NCBI GenBank assembly: GCA_000708835.1
Contig: DF237006.1
Location: forward strand, 3,789 to 67,788
DNA length: 64,000 bases
DNA from: Klebsormidium nitens
Lineage: Eukaryota > Plantae > Klebsormidiophyceae
Reading direction: 5' to 3'
Translations under genes and position numbers: made by a program
In this document: in pieces, positions 24,801 to 34,913 of the stretch
Layout: every line of letters starts with the position of its first letter
Numbering within the stretch: position 1 is the first letter of the stretch
Notes under the pieces: generated by a model
The model's input: the letters and a program-made list of their open reading frames with translations, nothing else
Databases searched by the model: none
What the model was told of the DNA's origin: nothing

Positions 24801-25163
24801 ACAAGTTCCAAACTTGATTTTCATACGACTTTTAGTAAATGTTGGCGAGCTTCAAGTGTACAACCTACGATCAAAACGACCATTACCAAAACAAGGGCGG
24901 GAAGTCAACATTCTGACTCAGCTAGCAGAGGGCCATAGTCTCAAAGACTGATAGACACATACAGCAATTTTACCAACTTTCGACATGCCCCTTTCAAGCT
25001 GCACCCCACCATTGCTTAGATACATAATCAAACCCACACCACATTTGCTGCGCCTCACTTGTGTGTCCAGATTGCCCACGTAAGCGGTTGCATCCTGATT
25101 CCGCTCCGCAGCATGCTGGCCCAGCAGGTTGGCTCCCACCCCGGCAGTCACCCTCGTCGACAT
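21888..25163 (-). CDS. SF3B4: Splicing factor 3B subunit 4 (SAP49): two RRMs plus a Pro-rich tail
   Basis: [120 protein letters not shown]. The last exon ends [11 protein letters not shown] at 21888. Confidence 0.96.
22895..23153. other. Assembly gap in the Pro/Tyr-rich repeat exon of SF3B4
   Basis: N run flanked on both sides by GGAG(G/GG)GGAGTGGTGTAC (YTTPPP) units. Confidence 0.95.
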
Positions 25164-25352
25164 CTCTCAAGAGCCTGGGGCGGCGTCTCACAGGCCCCGA
25201 TCAGCATGTGATGCTTCAATTCTTCGAGGCTACACCACCATTCATCAGCTGGACCCGCTTCAGATCGGACTTCATCCAGCAGCCCTAGTCCTTATACCTA
25301 ATGGCACCCTCAGTGCTCACGAGACAGGATCAAAACATTCATTTCATCATTA

Positions 25353-25617
25353 CCGTAGTGGCACGACCCATTCGCACCAAGCTCTTACGAAAATTATTTT
25401 TTTCGCTTTTCTGATTTCGCACCAAGGTTCGGGGGGATATTTTCTTATCGCACAAGGGCAAATTTACAGTGTTTCAGCCCATTTCTACGCGATTTCAGGC
25501 TTCATTTGGGTTTATTTCCATTTCGCTCTTTCGCACCAAGGTCAGAATAGTTTCCGGAATTTTTCGCACCAAGGCCTTTCGAATTATTTTTGGTGCGAAT
25601 GGGTCGTGCCACTACGG
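25353..25617. mobile_element. MITE, Tc1/mariner (pogo-like) type, 265 bp
   Basis: Perfect 28-bp TIR CCGTAGTGGCACGACCCATTCGCACCAA / TTGGTGCGAATGGGTCGTGCCACTACGG, with TA on both sides (25351-52, 25618-19). AT-rich interior with repeated TTCGCACCAAG. No ORF. Confidence 0.88.
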
Positions 25618-25654
25618 TATCATGACAGTGCTGCTGCAGCTTCCGAAACACCTA

Positions 25655-26155
25655 CGGTAACCATGAATCCTGCTCCGGATTTTGCCAACTCCGGATTTTC
25701 GACTGCCATTCATCGAAGAGGAATTGGACCCCGGTTTTTCTACATCCCCTAAGCTGGCATCACCCGGGCCACTCTAACAACAAATGCTAGCCTAGCCTGC
25801 CCCCGGTACAGGCAGCCGGAGTACCCGGGCGGCCGGTCGAGCATTGGCCAGGGCCCTGGGCCTTGGTTAAAAGGGCATCTGAGCTGGGTTACCTATGCTT
25901 CCAAGGACAGTACTAACCCGTAGAATGGGGCGCCCATGGTTCTGGGCCATATGGGAGTGCTTCAGCCTTCTCCGAGGTCAGGAACTGAACCGGTGACTTT
26001 AATTTAACAGCACGTTACAAAGTAGGTTAGGCCGGAAACTTTCAAATCATCCATTAGCAACTGCCCGGTAGAAGCAGCTTTTCGCGCGTCCTCGCACCGT
26101 GAGCTGTTGCAAAAATCCGGGGTTGGGAAAATCCGGAGCAGGCTTCATGGTACGG
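25655..26155. mobile_element. Second, older TA-flanked MITE (~500 bp) with imperfect ~45-bp TIRs
   Basis: Left end CGGTAACCATGAATCCTGCTCCGGATTTTGCCAACTCCGGATTTT versus right-end reverse complement CCGTA-CCATGAAGCCTGCTCCGGATTTTCCCAACCCCGGATTTT: 40/45 by hand alignment. TA at 25653-54 and 26156-57. Confidence 0.78.
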
Positions 26156-26530
26156 TATTCTTCCGAAGCCTGCGAAGGATTCCAACCATTTCGGAAACCC
26201 CCCGCCAAAAGCTGAAGCATCCGCCAATGATATTGTAGCCTGCATATATGAGAGAACTCTCGGTCATCGACAAGATGACACGTAAGCAACTTTAGATTCG
26301 ACGGGGATTCTCATTCTGGTTACACAGGTCTACAGACTACATTTGCCGAGCACCTGCTGGCAGTGTAGGCTCGGTGCAGCAACAGACTCGGACAGATCTT
26401 TCGGCACTTGCAAACTTTGCTGGTGCGACAGACGAGTGAGCACCAAGGGCCCAGACGCTCCAAGTGTTTTGGCATCAGGCGGTGGTGTTCCTTGTCGCGC
26501 TTGCCTTTTGTTGTCGGGCTCAGAGACACG

Positions 26531-29500
26531 ATGGTGGCAACTTTGGTGGCGGTGGCCTACCCGGTAAGTTCACGTCTTTTGTTGCTTACTTTGAAGTGGG
26601 TTGGCAACCATATGCAAAGTGCCTCTTTACGTCCATGTTCTCAAGCTTTAGGTTTGCGCTCTTCCTGCTCTTGGCATTGCACAGCTTGAGTGGATTTTGC
26701 TGATTGCACATGGGGCATGAGTTATTTCACAAGACACTGAATATGGAAAAGAAGTATGGCTACTTGGCAAGGGTCTCATGGCGGGGGAAGCCGAATCATT
26801 TGAGGTTTCCTTTTCAACACTCAAAGAAATGTTCATTCTTTCCATTTCCTTCTTGTGTCCTGAAACTGGGCTTGCCGGACGGCCTGAAGGCTGTTACCAG
26901 CTAAAGGCAAGGACTTATTGCCACACCGCCCTTGCAGGTTGGGGTGGCAACGGTGGTGGGTTTTGGGGTGTTGGCGTGCATCCTGTCATGGCAGCACGAG
27001 CGTCGGCAGGGTGGCAAGGACACAGTGGAGTTCTTCCTGACCGCCAGGAACTCGGTCAGCGCGTTTACCATCGGGTGGAGTTTCTACGCAGCGGCCATGG
27101 TGAGTTGTCAAGAATGGTGAAAATACGCAGCGGCCATGGTGAGCTGTCAAGAATGGTGAAAACTCTTCAGCAGCATAGTGGTTTCAGGATGTCAAAAGAT
27201 ACATAGGCTGGTATATGTCTTGTTGACTGCGCTGAGCTTTTGGGGATAGCCAACTCTGTGTTCAGGCCTCTGAGTTGTCAAGAACTAGCTCTGCTCGCTT
27301 CCACAGGCTCAACGACTTGGCCTTTACAATTTAAGTCCGATTTCTGTGGCGTTGATATAGTAGCAACATACATTGCGACTTGTACATCAAGGAGGTAGCT
27401 CATTCGCCCAATTTCTTTGCTGTTTAGTACCTTTTACCTGCATGTCGTTGTACAGAAGATTGGAACACTGGCTCACCCACGTTTTTGCCAGTCGGACGTT
27501 GTGAAATGCTGAGCATGACATTTCCACCAACTCCTCGTTGTTTTTCAAGTTGTGCCCCCTAGAAAAGGGAAGGTTTGAAGGACTTCACTACTTTTCTGGC
27601 AATGCTTCTCTTGTCTTCCTTCTTCCCTGCCTGCGCTGTGTGCACTGCGAGGTTACTGATGCGCGTCCCCCCCTCTTTTCCAGGGCTCTTGGGCGCTGTA
27701 CGGCCCGCCTAGCTACGCAGTGAGCGCCGGCATCTTGGGCATCACGTTCTACTCCATTGCGAGCGGCATACCCATCATGATTGTGGCCTTCCTTGGAGAC
27801 ATTCTTCAATCGAAGCTGCCGGGCATCCTCTCCCTCAGCGACTACACCTACAAGCGTTTTGGCCGGTATGTTCGCCAGCCCACTTCTGAAGAGAAGACCG
27901 CATGCCTGGCCTGGTCTTGCAGAACCAGCCCCAGCGTTGCAAGTGGTTGTGATCAGAGAGGGGTAGGATACTTCTGTGTCCCACAGAAATAGTTCTGTGT
28001 CCCAGAAGTGGAATGACATGATGATTGACTGGTCAGCTCGGGGAACTGTTGCATCACGTAGCAAGGCCTAGAAACACCCGAGCAGTCCTTCAATCTTGGT
28101 ACTGATCCAGTCTCTTTGCTTTTCTCAGGTTTGTGCAGCTCTATGTTGCTACCATGATGCTGTTCAACATGGGTAAGTGTAAACACAACGACGGCCCCGC
28201 CCATTGATCGCCTGCTGGCTTGAAGAGGGCCAGGCAGCACCTCTTGTATCCTTGGTTGCCTCAGCTGCAGCGTTCTGGTTTGGTTTAGGTGTTGCAACGT
28301 ACTCTATCATCCTCACAATACCGTGTAACGTGTCGGCACTCGCATCCGCTCCCCAAGTTCGTCGAATTGTGGAGGCTTGCAGCGCTGACCTTGTCCTAGC
28401 GCAGGCATTGCCCTGACTGCGGAGTACACGGCTGTTGGCGACCTGTTTGAGAACACGGTGGGCAGCAAGCGGTGGCCCATCGTGGTCATCATTGCGGTTG
28501 TCGCCACCCTGTACACCGCGTACGGCGGCCTGCTCATCTCCATCATCACCGACCAATGGCAGGTGAGCACACACATACGCTCCGATGGCGCCCAACATTG
28601 GAACACACAGGCGTGCAGGAGCAGTAGTTCAGGCGTTGTTTTTGGTGCAGTGTTCTCCCATTTGTCCCTCGAGCGTTCCTCCTCCTGAGGCGTCCCCTTG
28701 CGTTGTGCTGTGTTGCAGGCGTTCCTGAGCGTGATTGTAGTCCTGATCCTGGTGGTGTACGTGGCGGTGGACTTCCGGACCCCGCTGCCGCCCATCCCGC
28801 ACTACCTGGGCCCGGGCAACTACAACGGGCTGTCGGCTATTGCGGTGATGCCCATCAGCCTGATCAGCGCCACCATCTTCAGCGAGGCCATGTGGCAGCG
28901 CTGCTGGGCCTCAGCCAACAGCCGCGCATTGCACACCGGCGCGCTCCTCGGGGCGACAGCTACCATCGTCGTCGTTTTCATCTTTGCGTTCGGAGGTGAG
29001 CAGTCGATACGCACGCTCTTGGACCCGCCAGAAAAAGTTTGGAACCGTCGATCGATGGGGGCAGCCCCCAATTGTGACCCTTTGGATCGTCCGATGGGGT
29101 TAGCATAAAATGCTCTCTGGCAACCGCAAATGCGGACCCTAAAGTTTGCTGGCGACGCCTTCCGGTAATTAGACTGAGGGCGTCGCCGCGTTCCCGAATT
29201 TTTGTCTTGACACAGCCTGCCAACTGGGCACAGAAAAGGACGGTGGTGTCAAAGCCCCAGAAGCGTGCGTACTGATTGTGAGCGACCACTGCAAAGCTGG
29301 GCACTTGCGCCTGACAAAACGGGCTGAGCTTTGTGCGTAGTATTTACGCGTGGAATTTATTGGTAGGACAATTTTTCGTGGTTGGCGTGCTGCTACTTAG
29401 GGGTAAAACTTCGAGCCACTGGATTTCAAAGCAAGGTGCGTAGTGTCTCGTGTCTGTCTTTAGTCATTTGTTTACCGTTTGGTTGGTACCACACTGAGAG

Positions 29501-30968
29501 CCTGAGCTCCTCGCCACAGCTTGCGAGATTCCACTTGTGCGGCCAGCCCGTGGTTGTTTGTAAAGTCACCGGCTCTGTCACTGACCCCGCCCCTCTCGTC
29601 CTGCGCAGGCTACCTGGCGGTGTGGAGCGGGCTGTTCGACGTGAACGACCCGAATGCGGACTACAACACGATCCTGTTCTTGCTGTTCAAGGACCGCACG
29701 TGGCTGCTGGTCATCGTGGCCGTGCTGTCCGCCACCATGAGCACCAGCGCGGTGGACAGCATCCAGAACGCCATCACCGATTCCGTCGGCGCCACGCTGG
29801 TGCGGCCCTTCTTCAAGCGGGCCGACGTCACCTGGATCCGCGGCCTCGTCGTGCTGCTCAACATACCCCCCGTCGTTGTCTCCCTCAAGGTCAGTGCACC
29901 GTGCGCGCCTGGTCGTGCACCAGAAAAGACGTAGTGATACTTGAGATTGTGCTTGTCGGAGTTCGGATCGATGTTGCCCCCCACCGGCTGTTTGCATCCG
30001 CCCGAACGGGCATGCTGCGTTTCACATGCTGAGGAATCCTTGTCACCACAGATGAGGGCGGGCTGGCGTAAGTCTGCGAGTGCCGCTTTGTCGTTCGGGA
30101 TGCATTCTTTTTCAGTAATGAAATTCTCATTCCGTCGAGATTCTCATCTTAGAGGCTTTGGTTCCCTTGCTGTCGAGAGACACCGGGAGGCCCTCGAAGG
30201 TGCGCTGCCGCATATCCCCCGGCCTTACGTCTCTGTTCATCCCGCGTCCTGCATGTTTCGCCTGCGGCCTTCTGCGTGTTGACTGTGGGTGCTGTGGGCC
30301 CGGTATGCAGGGGTACAGCGTGCTGCAGCTGTTTCTGATGGCCAACCTGATCACGACCACGACCACCATCCCGCTGATGGCCGGCCTCTGGCACGGCCCG
30401 CGCGGCCAGAAGGTGGTCACGCCCTTCTCCATGATGACCGGCTCGCTTGTCTCCGTCTCGTCGCTCTTCTGGTGGGCCGCCATCAAGCAGACCGCGGACC
30501 AGACCTACCGCGCCGCGCTCTACCGGGTCTTCTTCGTCGCGTGAGTGCCTCCACGACTCTTTTTTGAACCTAGCGGGCACGCTCCGTGGGCTCTTAAAAG
30601 CATTCTTAACGCCGCCTACACTGTACGAGAGCAACTCACTGGCCGAACGTGTCTGGATTCTCAAGCAGGAGAGGAAGCACGTCTCATGCACTTCCTCGCT
30701 GTTCAGGTACGACTACCCGCCCTTTTTGATTGCTTTGGGCATGTCCATTGCGGGCTTGGTTGTGGGGGCCGCCCTCGAGGCGGCGTTCCGTGCGGTGGTC
30801 CCCGGCTGCGGGCGGTACCCCGTGTATGCGCTGGACGACAATCGCGAGGGGCTGGACGCGCGCCTCGGGGTGCGCCTCGGGGACGTCACGCAGGACTCGG
30901 TGCCCGAGTATCCGGCTGCGGGCAAGGGGGCGGATGCGTACCCAGCTGGCAAGCAGTACGAGGCGTGA
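26531..30968 (+). CDS. Sodium:solute symporter family (SLC5/6-like) transporter, not of the plant DUR3 type
   Basis: Exons: MVATLVAVAYP|VGVATVVGF...EFFLTARNSVSAFTIGWSFYAAAM|GSWALYGPPSY...GITFYSIASGIP...SLSDYTYKRFGR|...LYTAYGGLLISIITDQWQ|...IFSEAMWQRCWAS...|...ATMSTSAVDSIQNAI... This gives multiple TM helices and SSF-typical motifs (YTxxGGLxxxIxTD, SxVDS). Stop at 30966-30968. Confidence 0.85.
27085..27160 (+). repeat. 38-bp direct tandem duplication spanning an exon/intron boundary
   Basis: TACGCAGCGGCCATGGTGAG(T/C)TGTCAAGAATGGTGAAA x2 (27085-27122, 27123-27160), with one mismatch. Confidence 0.92.
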
Positions 30969-32070
30969 GCAAGTTTTCGGAGCACCATAGGTTGAGAAGA
31001 GGTAGGGTAGATGTAGACGTGTTGTTCTTAGGACCAGTCAAGTTGCTGCAGCGCAGGTGGTTTAATGTTGCGTGCGTTGGCCACTCTCATCCGGTTTCCA
31101 GATCAGCTGGATCGAAATGACCAGCGGTGGGGGTTGGCCCGTTAGGGCTGCCGCTGCCCATATACAGCCGGCGAGATGCGTCAATCCAGCACCAAGCCGT
31201 GCTCGAAAGACGCAACAGGCCTACATACATTGAGGTAATAGACACTCCAGAATAGCCCCAAGCATGCAGCCTCATTTTTTCCAGGGTGTGCAAGTGAAGT
31301 GCCAAGGTACGGACTCTCTGTCGCGCTGGCTCTAAAGAACGTTCAGTCAAGCCAGTATTTGTGCTATTGGCATTTGCTGTTAGGCGCTAGACTGCTTCGC
31401 ATAAGGTTTTGAGTATTTCGTTGTCACATCAGGCTTGATGATCAGAGTCCAAAGGTACTTGCTTTGCATGTTGCGCAATGGTTTTTGGTGTACAAGTTAC
31501 ATAACCATGCTGCCCTTGACGATTTGATCGAGTCTATTTAAGGACAGCCACGTAATGTCATTAAGCAATAGCAAGCGCTAGCCAGGCTGCCGATGCAGGG
31601 TTCGGAGATCGATTGCATATTCTGCGTGTTATACGTTTATGCACATGTTTGCATCTACTCACACAATTGCTGGTAGATCGATCGTATGAATTAAGAGAGT
31701 GTGTACATATTCATGTGCCACATGGTGATTTACGACAACCTGATGCATGTTTCAACAACGTCAAATCTTTTTATCGTGCTGCCAGTCTCACAAGATACCC
31801 CAAAAAAGCCGCTGTGGCTTAATTCATTGCATGCTTGCATCTATGACCTCAACCATCTGTGACCAATTGTTTCATTTGGAACTAATCAAAGTGGCAGTAT
31901 CCACCTTGCAACCTGATTGGTGAGTTATAGGACAGCAGAGGGTGGTTCAACACCCTCTTTTGCATTCCATGGCTAATTTCAATCATGGCCTAGCCCATGA
32001 CCCTGCAAGCTATGCCTACATGAGTTATCTTCAACTGTCCTTCCCAAATCCGCTTATGACATAGTGGCCG

Positions 32071-34096
32071 CTACCTCTGAATATTCAAGAGTGCTTTCGC
32101 TTCCGTCTCTTCTTTGATGAGCGCCTCACTGGCATACTTACTCAGAAGCTCCTGCTTCTTCCTTTCTAGAACCATCCGCTCAATCTCCTTTTCATCAGGG
32201 AGAGGAACATGCGCCACAAACTCCCTCCTCGCAGGCTCCTCCAAGGAAACCCCCGGCCCATCCTCACGCAACAACTCTGCAAGGTTGGCTTAGACGTGAG
32301 ATTAGATGAAAGACAGAGTGCGTTGGCTATCGCTTACCCTACACTGCGCAACCAAGATTGGCTGGTAGAGCAAGAGTAAGAATCAACACTGTATGATGCT
32401 GGAAACGGCTAGGCTTCAAACATACTTCGATGGGCCTGTTTCAGCTGTTGCGATTGAACGGCTGAAACTCCATTTGAGCAAATTGAATTGCAAGGACATA
32501 AGGTGATTTTGAAATTGATCAACAAGAGTGATGTCAGAAAGCCTTTTGAAACCAGGTTCAAGAACCAGACCTTACAGCCTATATTTGAGAAAAGTATGTA
32601 TTCATCATTGACACCCGTCTCAGGCAACATTTGCAAGCAACGTGAACGCAACACCGCCACCAAACCAAGCGGTGACCATGCCACACGGGCTCTTTGCTCC
32701 CTACTTTCAACATGAAAAAAGAACTTGTAAGAAACAATTGCGGTGGACATGTCATATGAGCGGGGCTAACATCTGTTCATTGGGGCACTTGGCTTGAAAC
32801 ACATCGTCTTGCTTACCTTCCAAGTCCTTGTCTGCCTCCTCGCTTGCGTGCACCGGCTGCACTGTGACCACCTCCCCGCTCTTAACGCTCCGCTTGGCCT
32901 CCTGCTTGATGGCCTCCACCCGCTCCCACTCCCGGATGGCCGCCTCCCGTGCCGCCTTCTCTGCTTCCGCCTCTAGTTGCACCAAGATGCCATCCTCGTC
33001 ATCCCGGTAGCCGTAGTAGTCCGCATCGATGCGCTTGAACATCTCATACCTGGAGGCCAGAGAGCACGTTCGTAGGATTGCTTTCAGAAAGACTTCTAGA
33101 GGGTTGGCAAGAGCAGGTCCTGTTGGTTGCGGAAGCTTTCAGCTTGGACGCAAGGAGAATGTGGCTTACTGGGTTGTTCTTGTCAAACAGCAAATGCGGC
33201 AGGGGAGTGGAAAAGGCTCCGCCAGTCCTGTGTTGGATATGAAGAAGTCGATGCAAAGCAAACACCTTGTGCAGGTCTGGGCGCGTCAATCTTTTTGTCA
33301 TAATGAACTGGACGCCACCCCTTTCCTACATTAGCAACTTTATCTTCTCTTGTAAGGCAGCATAACAAACGCGAAGACTGTCGGTGCCCCTTGTTAAGGC
33401 TCAAACAGCCCTTCTTCTTTTCTTTGAGGGGTGGTGGTGGTAGTGGTGGTGATGGTGCTTTCATTTTAAGACATAAGATCCCCAGATTCCCATCCAATGC
33501 TTGCCTGAACGCTTGCTTACAAAGCAGCCTTGCAGATTTTGCCTGAGGGGCAAATTGACCTGTCGCCAAATAACAGATTGATAGTTTTGCAGGAGCCTGC
33601 TGACGGCCCCAAGACAAAAAGAAGCTTCTTATCATCACCTTGATCTGCGTTTCTTGGGCTCTGGCGGCTTGTCAAACAACTCCCGCACCCCCGGCAACGT
33701 CTTGGCTGCCCCAAAATATTTGTACCCCACACCCTTCCCCGTGGCTGCGTCCACCTCATTCCCATCCGAGTCCGTAATCTTTGGACCTGTTTTGGCATAG
33801 TCTGGCCCGCCGAGTTCCAGAATTCTTGCCTCCCAGTGACCCTTTTCTCTGATCAGCTTGTTGATTTCGTCATTCAAGTCCCGCAACCGATGCTCCCCCA
33901 AAGCTGGATTCTGGATTTCTGAAACCTTCCTTCCAATCTCCTTCAGAATCTGATTGCGCCACCGCTCGGCCGTAGGCACATCCGACACTTCGCTTGCTAA
34001 GAAGGGTCGCTTTTCTTTTGGCTTTGCATTTTCTTCTCGCTTGGCCTCCAGAAAACGATTGAGCATCGCCTGCGCCTTCTCCTCATTCCGCGCCAT
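32071..34096 (-). CDS. ISY1: Pre-mRNA splicing factor ISY1 (NTC component)
   Basis: MARNEEKAQAMLNRF...RPFLASE...WRNQILKEIGRKVSEIQNPALGEHRLRDLNDEINKLIREKGHWE...LGGPDY...YKYFGAAKTLPGVRELF, then ...IDADYYGYRDDEDG and ...VPLPDEKEIERMVLERKKQELLSKYAS. Confidence 0.96.
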
Positions 34097-34913
34097 GATT
34101 GCCGCTTATTTGCAGCGCTTTAAACCGGGTGTTGTACTTCAAGGTCCGCCGCAACTGCAGACTGGGTCCAGAGCTGGAAATTATGGTTCTCTACCACGCG
34201 CCCTTCGTTCACTTGTCACCGCCGCCTCCTGGACCTCTTCCTCACCTCTTCTGACCTGAGCCTGAGGCTGTGGCCCTGGGGACACCGAAACAGCACTCGG
34301 TGCTGGCAGCCCGCGCGCGCCCTGAGCGCGCGAAATGCGGCCAAGCCCGACTGCCCTGCAACAGTTTGACTTTGATCGGACGGCTTCAAGAGCCTCTCCT
34401 TGGTGTATACACAGAAAGGCTGACACGCGCGCGTAGCGGAGAGTTCCGACGGCTGGTTCCGACAGTGCTCAGTGGCCGACTCCTGCCTTATCTGCCCTAG
34501 TTCTGCTTGCTCAGGTCAAAGCGCACGCTACAGCTAGTAGGGCCAAGGCGTGGCAACTGAGCATAGTAGGCCTGGGTATCAATGTGGTAGAGAGGTTTCG
34601 GCGGAGAAGATCGCGCTGAGGTGAGGTGAGGTGAGGTTTTTGGCCAGTGCCAATCAGCAACTTGATCAGAGGCTGACTTTACACAAGCTAGGGTCGTCGC
34701 CGTAGGTCTGAAGCAGAACGAGTTACATGTATTAGGCGTGGGCAGGTCAAGAATCTGCATCAGCAGGGCTGGCAGAAAGTGTTCCTTGATGGTCAATGTC
34801 ACTGGACCTGAGCTGTAGAAAAGGAGCCTGCTGACAGGAGCTCGCGTGTGCCCACTTTCAGGGGCTGCCAACCTGCGCTGTCAGCTGTATGCAGTGCTGG
34901 CAATGTGCCCCGT

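Noticed and set aside
21888-34096. Two spliceosome genes (SF3B4, ISY1) within 12 kb as a functional cluster
   Set aside because: They are separated by an unrelated transporter and share no visible regulatory element; chance proximity is sufficient.
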